A stretch of DNA of 58,899 nt, taken from a virus (Duplodnaviria > Caudoviricetes). The position numbers and the translations under genes were made by a program. A model generated the notes under the pieces. That model was not told where the DNA came from. It ran no database searches and worked only from the letters and a program-made list of their open reading frames with translations. Positions 10,813 through 21,165 of this stretch are shown here, one piece after another. Location of the stretch: positions 1 to 58,899 of the IMG/VR virus record IMGVR_UViG_3300025083_000028; one strand, written 5' to 3'. Numbering within the stretch: position 1 is the first letter of the stretch; each line of letters starts with the position of its first letter.

Positions 10813-13022
10813 TGTACAAACAAAGTTTATATAAGGTTATTGAGCCCATAAAAATAACCACCATTAAAAGATTAAATAGATCTAAAAAATGGGAGTATGG
10901 ATATAATAAAGAACACGATGTTATTGTTATATCCAAAAGCGGCCAGATTGGGGAAGTGTATAGCATTCAGGGGCTTAAGATAGCATTACCCAAGCCAACC
11001 GACGTAGATAACACGAATAATAAATGGGTTGCACACGAGTATCCTAAGGAGCTCAAATCTGTTAAAAGCATATTTGATTGGAAAGATTATCCAGATGAGT
11101 TTAAACAAAGATGGCATACCTATATAGACGCCGAATTCACTAAAAGAGATGAGGGGTATTGGTTTAATAACAAAGGAACACCAACTTATATAACAGGAAC
11201 TCATTATATGTACCTGCAATGGACAAAGATTGATGTAGGCAAACCTGATTTTAGAGAAGCAAATAGATTATTCTTTATATTTTGGGAAGCTTGTAAAGCA
11301 GATACAAGAAGCTACGGGATGTGTTATTTAAAAAATAGACGTAGTGGATTTTCGTTTATGGCATCTGGTGAAACAGTTAACTTAGCAACCATATCATCCG
11401 ATTCAAGATACGGTATATTATCTAAGTCTGGTGCTGATGCTAAAAAAATGTTTACAGATAAAGTAGTTCCAATATCAATTAACTACCCGTTCTTTTTTAA
11501 ACCGATTCAAGATGGTATGGATCGACCTAAAACAGAGCTTGCATATAGAGTGCCCGCATCAAAGTTAACTCGTAAACGTTTTGAATCAAAAGAAAAAGCA
11601 TTACAATTAGAGGGGTTAGATACAACTATTGATTGGAAAAATACTGGGAACAACAGTTATGATGGTGAAAAACTTACGTTGCTTGTACACGATGAAGCTG
11701 GTAAATGGGAAAGACCAGAAAACATTCTTAACAACTGGAGAGTTACTAAAACAACCCTTAGATTAGGTTCAAGAATAATTGGCAAGTGTATGATGGGTTC
11801 AACAAGTAACTCATTAGACAAGGGCGGTGAGAACTTTAAAAAACTATATAATGACTCGGACGTTACGAAAAGAAATAAGAATGGACAGACTCGCTCGGGA
11901 TTATATTCTTTGTTCATACCTATGGAATGGAATTTCGAAGGATTCATCGATTCTTATGGAATACCTGTCTTTAACACACCGAGCAACCCTGTCAAAGACC
12001 ACCAAGGAGATAATATCGACATCGGGGTTATTGAACATTGGGAGAATGAAGTTGAGGGATTAAAAGGAGATCAGGACGGTTTAAATGAATTTTATCGTCA
12101 GTTTCCAAGAACTGAGGAACACGCATTCAGAGACGAAACAAAAAATAGTATATTTAATTTAGCAAAAATATACGAGCAAGTAGATTTTAACGAAGAAGCA
12201 AAATACAGCGCTTTAGTTACAAAAGGAAGCTTTCAATGGCAAAATGGTGTTAAAGATACAAAAGTTGAATTTATACCTAATCCAAACGGAAGATTTAATG
12301 TTAGTTGGGTTCCACCCACACATTTACAAAATAAAGTAATACTAAAAAATGGAATTAAATATCCTGGAAACGAACATAGCGGTGCATTTGGCTGCGATAG
12401 CTACGATATATCCGGGACTACCGACGGCCAAGGATCTAAAGGCTCTTTACACGGTCTCACAAAATTTAGCATGGAAGAAATTCCTGCTAATATGTTTTTT
12501 TTAGAATATATAGCTAGACCGCAAACAGCGGAAATGTTTTTTGAAGATATATTAATGGCATTACACTTTTATGGTATGCCAATACTAGCAGAAAACAACA
12601 AGCCTAGATTATTATATTATTTAAAACGAAGAGGATATAGAGGCTATTCAATGAATAGACCTGATAAAATATGGAATAAATTATCGGTTACTGAAAAAGA
12701 AATAGGAGGTATACCGAATTCAAGCGAAGATATTAGACAAGCTCATGCTGCTGCAATTGAAAGTTATATAAATAACTATGTAGGTGAAAAAGAAGATGGT
12801 AGTTACGGAGATATGTATTTTAATAACACATTAAACGATTGGGCTAAGTTTGATATAAATAAAAGAACAAAATTTGATGCGGCGATAAGTTCAGGCTTAG
12901 CGGTTATGGCATGCAATAAAAACAGATACGCCCCAAATCAAACAAGAGAATTAAAAAGCAAAGTTAATTTTAGTTTTTCTAAATATAACAATAATGGAAA
13001 TTTTTCAAAAATAATACAATAG
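10809..13022 (+). CDS. terL: Terminase large subunit
   Basis: Walker A-like LKNRRSGFS, Walker B LLVHDEAG, coupling motif GSTSN, RNase H-like nuclease FGCDSYD...AENN...FDAAISSG. Confidence 0.9.
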   Translation: MMYKQSLYKVIEPIKITTIKRLNRSKKWEYGYNKEHDVIVISKSGQIGEVYSIQGLKIALPKPTDVDNTNNKWVAHEYPKELKSVKSIFDWKDYPDEFKQRWHTYIDAEFTKRDEGYWFNNKGTPTYITGTHYMYLQWTKIDVGKPDFREANRLFFIFWEACKADTRSYGMCYLKNRRSGFSFMASGETVNLATISSDSRYGILSKSGADAKKMFTDKVVPISINYPFFFKPIQDGMDRPKTELAYRVPASKLTRKRFESKEKALQLEGLDTTIDWKNTGNNSYDGEKLTLLVHDEAGKWERPENILNNWRVTKTTLRLGSRIIGKCMMGSTSNSLDKGGENFKKLYNDSDVTKRNKNGQTRSGLYSLFIPMEWNFEGFIDSYGIPVFNTPSNPVKDHQGDNIDIGVIEHWENEVEGLKGDQDGLNEFYRQFPRTEEHAFRDETKNSIFNLAKIYEQVDFNEEAKYSALVTKGSFQWQNGVKDTKVEFIPNPNGRFNVSWVPPTHLQNKVILKNGIKYPGNEHSGAFGCDSYDISGTTDGQGSKGSLHGLTKFSMEEIPANMFFLEYIARPQTAEMFFEDILMALHFYGMPILAENNKPRLLYYLKRRGYRGYSMNRPDKIWNKLSVTEKEIGGIPNSSEDIRQAHAAAIESYINNYVGEKEDGSYGDMYFNNTLNDWAKFDINKRTKFDAAISSGLAVMACNKNRYAPNQTRELKSKVNFSFSKYNNNGNFSKIIQ

Positions 13023-15434
13023 ATGGCAAGAGTATCACCAAAAGGTATTTTTCCGAGTCAAGCAGTTAGCGACGCAGAAAAAGGAGGTTTAGATTATGGA
13101 CTTCAAGTTGCTAAAGCTGTTGAGTCAGAATGGTTCAAAAAAGATTCAGGAGGATCTCGCTATTTCTCAAATAGAGATAACTATCATAACCTTAGGTTAT
13201 ATGCTAGAGGCGAACAAAGCATTAAAAAATATAAAGATGAATTATCCATTAACGGTGATTTGTCTTATCTAAATTTAGATTGGAAACCAGTACCTATTAT
13301 TCCAAAGTTTGTGGATATAGTTGTTAATGGTATTGCCGAGAGGGTATACGGATTAAAAGCTTTTTCTGTTGATCCTATTGCCAGCAAAAAAAGAACAGAA
13401 TATGTTAATGAAATGCTTAACGATATGTACGCTCGTGATTTTGCAGCTAAAATATCAGAAGCAACCGGCGTTAATACTTTAAGTAATAAAGAAGAGTCGA
13501 TCCCAGAGTCAGAAGATGAACTTAATTTACATATGCAATTAAATTATAAACAATCTATAGAATTAGCACAAGAGCAAGCTATAGATAATATTTTTAATTT
13601 AAATAAATACGAATTATTAAAGAAAAGATTAGATTACGATATTACTGTTTTAGGTATTGGATGTGTTAAGAATAGCTTTAACACTGCGGAAGGTATAAAA
13701 CTAGAATACGTTGATCCCTCTGATTTAATATATTCCTACACAGACTCGCCTTATTTTGATGATTTATATTATGTTGGGGAAGTTAGAAGAGTAAGTTTAG
13801 TTGAATTAAAGAAACAATTTCCCGAATTAACAAACGAAGATATTGAAGAACTTGAGGGTAAAGGCAATAGCTCATTATTATACAACCAAATTGGTGTAAA
13901 CTCTTCGGATAAAAATTTTGTATATGTATTGTATTTTGAATATAAAACATTTCAAAACCAAGTATATAAAATAAAAGAAACTAATAGTGGGGCAGACAAA
14001 GCAATTAAAAAAGACGACACATTTAACCCCCCTAAAGATTCTAGAGCTAGATTTGAAAAAGTAAATAGATCTATAGAATGTTTATATGAAGGCGCAAAAA
14101 TAGTTGGCCATGATAAATTATTAAAATGGCAAAAGGCTGTTAATATGACAAGACCTAAATCTGATATTACAAAAGTTCAGATGAGTTACAATATTGTAGC
14201 ACCTAGAATATACAAAGGAAAAACTGAATCGTTAGTTAGTAGAATGACATCATTTGCCGATATGATTCAAATCACACATTTAAAGCTCCAGCAAGTTTTA
14301 TCTCGTATGGTTCCTGATGGGGTTTATTTAGACGCGGATGGGTTAGCGGAAGTTGATTTAGGCAATGGAACTAATTATAACCCGCAGGAAGCATTAAATA
14401 TGTATTTCCAAACTGGTTCTGTTATTGGTAGGTCAATGACACAAGACGGTGAATTTAATAATGGTAGAGTACCTATACAAGAATTAAGAGCTGGTGCTGG
14501 AGGTTCAAAAATACAAAGCTTAATACAATCTTATAATTATTATTTGCAAATGATGCGAGATGTTACGGGGTTAAATGAAGCAAGAGATGGAAGCACGCCA
14601 GATAGAAATGCCTTAGTCGGTTTACAAAAAATAGCTGCTGCTAATTCAAATACAGCTACAAGGCACATACTACAAGCTGGTTTATATATTACTTTAAAAA
14701 CTGCCGAAGCAATATCATTAAGAATATCTGATATATTGGAGTTTTCAAATACTAAAAATTCTTTTGTACAATCATTAGGCAAAGTTGATGTTGCCACTCT
14801 TGCTGAGATTAAAGATTTACATATTCATGATTTTGGAATATTTTTGGAATTATCCCCAGACGAGGAAGAAAAACAATTGTTGGAAAATAATATACAAATG
14901 GCTATATCTCAAAAGCAGATAGAACTAGAGGATGCTATTGATGTTAGAGAAATTAGAAATTTAAAATTAGCCAATCAGTTATTAAAATTAAGAAGAAAGC
15001 AAAAGTTTGAAAGAGATAGACAAATCCAAATGGAAAATATCCAAGCACAATCACAAGCTAACGCTCAGTCAGCTCAAGCAGGAGCCGCCGCAGAAATACA
15101 AAAACAGCAAGGGATTGCTGAAACAAAAGTACAAATTGCACAAGCACAATCGCAATTTGATATTGCAAAACTTGAACGAGAAGCACAAATTAAAAAAGAA
15201 CTAATGGAGTTTGAGTTTCAACTTAATATGAAGCTTAAAGAGCAGGACAATCAGGTGATTAACAATAAAGAGAAGTATAAAGAAGATCGTAAAGATAAAA
15301 GAACAAAAATACAAGCATCACAGCAAAGTGAACTTATAGACCAGAGAAAATCTGGAAAACCGCCAAAAGACTTTGAATCAGCAGGATTTGATAATTTGGG
15401 TGGATTTGGTTTAGAGCAATTTGAACCAAGATAA
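13023..15434 (+). CDS. Portal protein
   Basis: 803 aa immediately after terL; PIIPKFVDIVV and MRDVTGLNEARDG motifs; C-terminal Q-rich coiled coil. Confidence 0.85.
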   Translation: MARVSPKGIFPSQAVSDAEKGGLDYGLQVAKAVESEWFKKDSGGSRYFSNRDNYHNLRLYARGEQSIKKYKDELSINGDLSYLNLDWKPVPIIPKFVDIVVNGIAERVYGLKAFSVDPIASKKRTEYVNEMLNDMYARDFAAKISEATGVNTLSNKEESIPESEDELNLHMQLNYKQSIELAQEQAIDNIFNLNKYELLKKRLDYDITVLGIGCVKNSFNTAEGIKLEYVDPSDLIYSYTDSPYFDDLYYVGEVRRVSLVELKKQFPELTNEDIEELEGKGNSSLLYNQIGVNSSDKNFVYVLYFEYKTFQNQVYKIKETNSGADKAIKKDDTFNPPKDSRARFEKVNRSIECLYEGAKIVGHDKLLKWQKAVNMTRPKSDITKVQMSYNIVAPRIYKGKTESLVSRMTSFADMIQITHLKLQQVLSRMVPDGVYLDADGLAEVDLGNGTNYNPQEALNMYFQTGSVIGRSMTQDGEFNNGRVPIQELRAGAGGSKIQSLIQSYNYYLQMMRDVTGLNEARDGSTPDRNALVGLQKIAAANSNTATRHILQAGLYITLKTAEAISLRISDILEFSNTKNSFVQSLGKVDVATLAEIKDLHIHDFGIFLELSPDEEEKQLLENNIQMAISQKQIELEDAIDVREIRNLKLANQLLKLRRKQKFERDRQIQMENIQAQSQANAQSAQAGAAAEIQKQQGIAETKVQIAQAQSQFDIAKLEREAQIKKELMEFEFQLNMKLKEQDNQVINNKEKYKEDRKDKRTKIQASQQSELIDQRKSGKPPKDFESAGFDNLGGFGLEQFEPR

Positions 15435-15457
15435 TATTTAAACAATTATATTTTATT

Positions 15458-16672
15458 ATGTCAGAAAACATCAAAGCAGAAGCTTTAGACATCGAAGAAA
15501 AGTCTATTGCTGAAAAAGAAGCAGAAGTACAAAAAATACCAACCAATGAGGATGGTGATTACACTGTAGATTTAGGAAAAATTAACGAAACAAAAGAAGA
15601 AACAGATGCCGTTCAAGAACAAAAAACAGAAGATGGCGTGTTACGCGGAGGCGGCGAGAATGAAAAAGATGGGGAAGAAGCCAAAGTGGAACTGCAAGAA
15701 GTACAGCAAGAAAAAGTAGAAGAACCTGTACTTGAAGAGGTTATTGAAGAAGAAGTTTCGGAAGAGCCGGCTCCAGCAGCTGAAGAAAAACAACCACAGC
15801 AAGAAGTTGAACCGGTTGAAGAAACAAAAGAATCAGAAGTAAACCTACCAGAAAACATACAGGACCTGGTAAAATTTATGGAAGAAACCGGTGGTACTCT
15901 TGAAGATTATGTCAGATTAAATGCTGACTTTTCAAATGTAGATCAAAATACATTATTAAGAGAATACTATAAACAAACTAAGCCTCATTTAAGCTACGAT
16001 GAAGTATCGTTTTTATTAGAAGATCAATTTTCATTTGACGAAGAAATTGATGAGGAAAGAGATATTAAAAGAAAAAAACTTGCTCTTAAAGAGGAAGTCG
16101 CAAATGCCAATAAGTTTTTAAATGAAACTAAGGATAAATACTATAAGGAAGTCAAGTTGAGTTCCAAATTAGCTCCTGAACAACAAAAAGCTATTGATTT
16201 TTTCGACAGATACAATAAAGAGCAAAAATCAGCTGAAGAATTATTACAGCAGCAAACAAAACATTTTGAACAAGAAACTAGTAAAGTTTTTAGCGAAGGA
16301 TTTAAAGGTTTTAATTTCGACGTAGGAGACAAGAAATATCGTTTCAATGTAAAAGATGTTAATAAAGTAAAGGAAACCCAAAGTGATTTATTAAATGTTT
16401 TTAATAAATATGTTGGTGACAATAAAATGTTACAAGACGCCGGGGGTTACCATAAAGCTTTATTTGCCGCTTCTAATCCTGACAAAATAGCTAACCATTT
16501 TTATGAACAAGGTAAAGCTGACGCAATCAAGCAAATGAGTGCGGAGGCCAAAAACATTAACATGGACCCTAGAAAAACTTCTAGTGGGTATGTTGACGCT
16601 GGCGGAATAAAAGTAAAAGCTATTTCTGGGGATGATAATTCTAAGCTAAAATTTAAACTTAAGAATTATTAA
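15458..16672 (+). CDS. Capsid scaffolding protein
   Basis: Very acidic disordered N-half and helical C-half; lies between portal and capsid genes. Confidence 0.7.
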   Translation: MSENIKAEALDIEEKSIAEKEAEVQKIPTNEDGDYTVDLGKINETKEETDAVQEQKTEDGVLRGGGENEKDGEEAKVELQEVQQEKVEEPVLEEVIEEEVSEEPAPAAEEKQPQQEVEPVEETKESEVNLPENIQDLVKFMEETGGTLEDYVRLNADFSNVDQNTLLREYYKQTKPHLSYDEVSFLLEDQFSFDEEIDEERDIKRKKLALKEEVANANKFLNETKDKYYKEVKLSSKLAPEQQKAIDFFDRYNKEQKSAEELLQQQTKHFEQETSKVFSEGFKGFNFDVGDKKYRFNVKDVNKVKETQSDLLNVFNKYVGDNKMLQDAGGYHKALFAASNPDKIANHFYEQGKADAIKQMSAEAKNINMDPRKTSSGYVDAGGIKVKAISGDDNSKLKFKLKNY

Positions 16673-16691
16673 CTAACAAAAAAAAATTAAA

Positions 16692-18116
16692 ATGGCGAAT
16701 AACAATTCATTTGCTGGCCCATTGGCTGGCAGCATTTTGACTCCTTCGGCTCAAAAAATGACAACCTTAGGAAGTTACTTAGACATCCAAAACGATGGAT
16801 GGGCTAAACAATATCTACCTGAGCTTTACGAAAGTGAAGTACAGAGATACGGGAACAGAACTATTTCTGGATTCCTTTCACAAATTAGTGCAGAAATGCC
16901 AATGTCTTCTGATCAAGTAATTTGGTCTGAGCAAGGTAGACTACACTTATCTTACAACGGTACAATTAACTGTACAGATGGTGTTGTAACTTCAATAACT
17001 GGAATTGATAGTGGCGCAACTGAAGCTCACGCTGTAAGAAAAGGCGCTACTGTAGTTGCTGAAATTACTGGATCTGCTGGTACAGTTGTTGTAAAAGCTT
17101 TATGTACTGAAGGCGTTGAAACTGCTACTAACGCATTGAAATTAAAGCCTTACGGAGGGCAAAATTTTGATGATTTAGATGTTTTAGTTGCTAACGATAC
17201 AGCTGTAGCTATTAAATTTTTCGTATACGGTTCTGAATTTTCAAAAGGAACTGCTAGTATGACTGAATCTATTGAGCCTACATTCAAAACTTTCACTAAC
17301 AAGCCAATGATTATTAAAGATCACTTTGAAATCAATGGATCTGATACTGCTCAAATCGGGTGGGTACAAGTAAGTGGTGAAAGCGGAGAGTCTGGATACC
17401 TATGGTACTTAAAATCTTCTGCTGATACAAAAGCAAGATTTGATGACTATTTAGAAATGATTGCAATTGAATCTGAAAAAGCTGACGGTGCATCTGAAGT
17501 AGGTGTTGCTGGTTCTCAAGGATTACTTTCAGCTATTGGCGAAAGAGGAATTGTAGCTACAAATCAATTTGATTCAGGTGCAGTATTATCTGAATTTGAT
17601 GATGTATTAAAAGAATTAGACAAGCAAGGAGCTATTGAAGAAAACATGCTTTTCTTAGACAGAGATGCTAACTTAGTAATCGATGACTTACTTGCAGGAT
17701 TAAATCCAAATATTTCTGGAGGTCTTGGATTTGGAGTATTTAATAACTCTGAAGACATGGCGTTAAATTTAGGTTTTTCTGGTTTTAGAAGAGGTTCTTA
17801 TGACTTCTATAAAACTGACTGGAAATACTTAAACGACAAGTCAACAAGAGGTTCGATCGGTGGATTAAAAGGACTTTTAATTCCTGCTGGAACATCTTCA
17901 GTATATGACCAAAACTTAGGAAGCAATGTTAGAAGACCTTTCTTACACGTAAGATATAGAGCTTCTCAAGCTGACGATAGAAAATTAAAATCTTGGGTTA
18001 CTGGTTCAGTAGGTGGAGCATCTACAATCGGTGATGACAAAATGGAGATTCACTATCTATCAGAAAGATGTTTAGTGGTTCAGGCTGCAAACAACTTCAT
18101 AAGATTTGACTCATAA
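16692..18116 (+). CDS. Major capsid protein
   Basis: 474 aa after scaffold; strong codon bias; followed by a terminator hairpin; C-terminal HYLSERCLVVQAANNF. Confidence 0.8.
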   Translation: MANNNSFAGPLAGSILTPSAQKMTTLGSYLDIQNDGWAKQYLPELYESEVQRYGNRTISGFLSQISAEMPMSSDQVIWSEQGRLHLSYNGTINCTDGVVTSITGIDSGATEAHAVRKGATVVAEITGSAGTVVVKALCTEGVETATNALKLKPYGGQNFDDLDVLVANDTAVAIKFFVYGSEFSKGTASMTESIEPTFKTFTNKPMIIKDHFEINGSDTAQIGWVQVSGESGESGYLWYLKSSADTKARFDDYLEMIAIESEKADGASEVGVAGSQGLLSAIGERGIVATNQFDSGAVLSEFDDVLKELDKQGAIEENMLFLDRDANLVIDDLLAGLNPNISGGLGFGVFNNSEDMALNLGFSGFRRGSYDFYKTDWKYLNDKSTRGSIGGLKGLLIPAGTSSVYDQNLGSNVRRPFLHVRYRASQADDRKLKSWVTGSVGGASTIGDDKMEIHYLSERCLVVQAANNFIRFDS

Positions 18117-18131
18117 ATTTTAATGTAATTT

Positions 18132-18158
18132 TTACCCTCGTTGTAACGACGGGGGTAA
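18132..18158 (+). terminator. Stem-loop after the major capsid gene
   Basis: ttaccctcgttg...cgacgggggtaa inverted repeat with G-U pairs, about 15 nt after the stop; weak U tail. Confidence 0.6.
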
Positions 18159-18191
18159 TCATTACTCTTATTAATTATATTATATTATATC

Positions 18192-18947
18192 ATGGCAAAA
18201 ATTAAAGAAAAAGCAACTAAAGTTGCGCCCAAATGGGAAATAAAAGATAAATTATATCAATTATCAATAAACGAATCACCAATTGCTTTTATGGTAAAAA
18301 CAAGAGGCATATTGTGGTTTGACGAAGAAAAAGGATACGAAAGAGAAATTAAATATTGTGAAAATCAAAAAACAGTATTTGTTGACGAAATGAAAGGTCC
18401 TGAAAGATTATCAAGAATTGTTTTTAGAGACGGAAGATTATTTGTTCCAAAAGAAAAACAAACATTGCAAAAATTTTTAGCTATTCACCCGGACATGAAT
18501 AAAAAATTCTACGAATACAATCCGGTTAAAGAAGCAGAAGATGATTTAGATGTTCTTGAATATGAAATACAAGCATTAACTATGGCCCAGAATATAGATA
18601 TTGATCACGCTGAGGCAATATTAAGAACAGAGCTTGGAAATAAAGTGTCTAAGATGACTTCTAAGGAACTTAAAAGAGATTTATTATTATTTGCTAGAAG
18701 CAATCCAGAATTGTTCTTAGAATTGGCAAATGACGAAAATATAAATATTAGAAACATTGGTATAAAAGCTGTTGAAAACGGTATTATATCTTTATCAAGT
18801 GATCAAAGAACATTTAAGTGGGCATCGAACGATAGAAAACTTATAACAGTTCCATTTGATGAAAATCCATATTCAGCTTTAGCAGCATACTTTAAAACCG
18901 ATGAAGGTATTGAAGTATATCAAACGGTTGAAAAAAAATTAAAATAA
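18192..18947 (+). CDS. Conserved virion-module hypothetical protein
   Basis: 251 aa directly after the capsid gene. Confidence 0.7.
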   Translation: MAKIKEKATKVAPKWEIKDKLYQLSINESPIAFMVKTRGILWFDEEKGYEREIKYCENQKTVFVDEMKGPERLSRIVFRDGRLFVPKEKQTLQKFLAIHPDMNKKFYEYNPVKEAEDDLDVLEYEIQALTMAQNIDIDHAEAILRTELGNKVSKMTSKELKRDLLLFARSNPELFLELANDENINIRNIGIKAVENGIISLSSDQRTFKWASNDRKLITVPFDENPYSALAAYFKTDEGIEVYQTVEKKLK

Positions 18948-18953
18948 AATGCT

Positions 18954-18993
18954 TATAGTGGTTAGGCCGCAAATAAGCGGCTTAATCATTATA
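18954..18993 (+). terminator. Long intergenic hairpin
   Basis: tatagtggttaggccgc-aaataa-gcggcttaatcattata inverted repeat. Confidence 0.6.
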
Positions 18994-19005
18994 TAAAAAA
19001 ATATT

Positions 19006-20019
19006 ATGGCAATATCAGTTGATACAACATATAAAACAGTATTATCAATACTCAATAAAGAATCAAGAGGTTTTTTAACGCCAGATGAATTTAATAAAAT
19101 AGGTTCACAGGTGCAACTTGATATATTAGAAAAAAATTTTTACGAATATAATAGAGCGGTTATTAAAAGTAATTTAAATCGTTCTGTGTCAGAATACGGT
19201 GATATTCCATCAAATATTAAAGAAAAAATAGACATTTTGTCTAAAGAACAAGAAGTTTACATACCAAATGCAAATTCTTTTATTCCTAATACTGATCTTA
19301 GGCAAGTAGAAAGCATAATTGGTGTTACCACACCAACAAGCATTACAGCTGGAACTTATAGCAATATTGCTACTACTACAACAGGCAGTGGAACTGGTTT
19401 AACAGTAACGGTTGTCGCTACGGGAAGCACCTTTGTAGCAGGAACAACAACAGTTAAAGTTGTTGATGGGGGAACTGGATATTTAGCAGGCGATAGTATT
19501 ACAGTACCTCAAGCTTCCATGACTGGAGCGTCTGGTCCTTTTACGTTTCCTGCTCTTTCATCACATTTAAACATTACTGGAAACTTAATTTTACCTACAG
19601 ATATATATAAAGTAATTGCGCTTTCAAGATTAAGTAGAACAATAAATTTTGATGAATTAAAGAAATCAGAATTTACTTATGTTAACTCTTCTAAATTAAC
19701 GGCCCCATCTTTAACTTATCCTGTATACTATAGAGATTCAACTAGTATAAAAGTTAGCCCTTCTACATTAATCAATAGTTATCTAACATTAGATTATGTT
19801 AAAACACCTACAGATCCTGCATGGGTTGGAACTGAAGATTCAAATGGGGCTTTAACATATTCTGCTGGTTCATCAGTTGATTTTGAATTACATATTTCCG
19901 ACAAAGTGTCTTTAATATTGGGGATTTTAAAATACGCAGGGGTCGTAATCAGTGATCCCCAAGTAGTTCAAGCCGCTAGCGCTGAAGCAAATTCACAAGT
20001 TCAATTAGAAAATTTATAA
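19006..20019 (+). CDS. Head-tail adaptor/tail ring-type structural protein with inserted beta-domain
   Basis: Position; N-terminal ILNKESRGFLTPDEFN; C-terminal FELHISDK...ILKYAGV; central Thr/Gly-rich insert. Confidence 0.55.
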   Translation: MAISVDTTYKTVLSILNKESRGFLTPDEFNKIGSQVQLDILEKNFYEYNRAVIKSNLNRSVSEYGDIPSNIKEKIDILSKEQEVYIPNANSFIPNTDLRQVESIIGVTTPTSITAGTYSNIATTTTGSGTGLTVTVVATGSTFVAGTTTVKVVDGGTGYLAGDSITVPQASMTGASGPFTFPALSSHLNITGNLILPTDIYKVIALSRLSRTINFDELKKSEFTYVNSSKLTAPSLTYPVYYRDSTSIKVSPSTLINSYLTLDYVKTPTDPAWVGTEDSNGALTYSAGSSVDFELHISDKVSLILGILKYAGVVISDPQVVQAASAEANSQVQLENL

Positions 20020-20022
20020 TAA

Positions 20023-21162
20023 ATGGGATTAATTACAAAAACAAATCAATCGTATTACAATAAATCGCAAGGTTTTATAGGCAATGGCTCTAATAAAGTT
20101 TTTACTTTAGCAACAAATGCATTCGAAACAATCCCATCCAATGTTGCAGTGTTCGTTGGCAATGAAGAAATAAATACAAACAATTATACTTATGCTGCCC
20201 CCACATTAACATTTTCTTCTAATGTTAATAATTCACAAGTATTAGCGTCTGGCGGTGCGCCTTTGGCTGACAAAGTAATAGAAGTTAAAGCAGCAGGGGT
20301 ATTAAGCAGATTTGGCGACTATAGATACATTTCTTTAAACGATATAATAAATAATTATATAGTTGCTTTTGTGGGGGATGGAAAATTAATACCAAGTGTT
20401 AAGAAGTCAGACGTATTATTTCATACAAAAAGAGGTATACAAGAGTTTAGTTATGATGTGGCTAGAACTGAAAAAATACAAGAAATAGAAGTTGGACCAA
20501 GCTTGTCTATACCAATGCCACAAGATTACGTGCATTATGTTAGAATATCTTTTATAGATGATGTTGGTGTTGAACATATTATTTACCCGGGTAGATACAC
20601 TTCTAAACCTTCTGAATCAATATTACAAGATGATGATTACGCGTATCTTTACGACGTAGACGGCTCGTTATTAACTGGTTCACCAGTAACAAGTGATAGA
20701 TTTAAAGATTTTGATAATAGAAAAATATCCGGCAATTTTGCTGATGAAGATATTACATACGATACAAACGTTGGTTTACAAAAAATTACATCCTACGGTG
20801 GTAGAAAAGGATCAAATCCTGAAACTACTCAAGAAAACGGAATATTTTTAATAGATGAACTAAATGGTAAAATTAGTTTTTCTAGTGAATTATCAGGACA
20901 AATAGTTACATTAAAATATACGTCGGATGGTTTAGGAACGGACGATGAAATGAAAATACACAAATTTGCAGAAGATGCAATATATAAGTACATAACTTAT
21001 GCTGTAGCTAGCTCAAGAGCAAACTTTCCTGAATACATTATAAATAGATTTAGAAAAGAAAAAAGAGCGGCAATAAGAAATGCTAAATTAAGATTATCTA
21101 GCCTTAAAATTGCAGAACTAGAGCAAGTGATGAGAGGTAAATCAAAATTTATTAAACACTAA
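20023..21162 (+). CDS. Tail ring/tubular-type structural protein
   Basis: 379 aa; KRGIQEFSYD...MPQDYVHYV...IHKFAEDAIY; FIGNGSNKVFTL inserted domain. Confidence 0.55.
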   Translation: MGLITKTNQSYYNKSQGFIGNGSNKVFTLATNAFETIPSNVAVFVGNEEINTNNYTYAAPTLTFSSNVNNSQVLASGGAPLADKVIEVKAAGVLSRFGDYRYISLNDIINNYIVAFVGDGKLIPSVKKSDVLFHTKRGIQEFSYDVARTEKIQEIEVGPSLSIPMPQDYVHYVRISFIDDVGVEHIIYPGRYTSKPSESILQDDDYAYLYDVDGSLLTGSPVTSDRFKDFDNRKISGNFADEDITYDTNVGLQKITSYGGRKGSNPETTQENGIFLIDELNGKISFSSELSGQIVTLKYTSDGLGTDDEMKIHKFAEDAIYKYITYAVASSRANFPEYIINRFRKEKRAAIRNAKLRLSSLKIAELEQVMRGKSKFIKH

Positions 21163-21165
21163 TAC

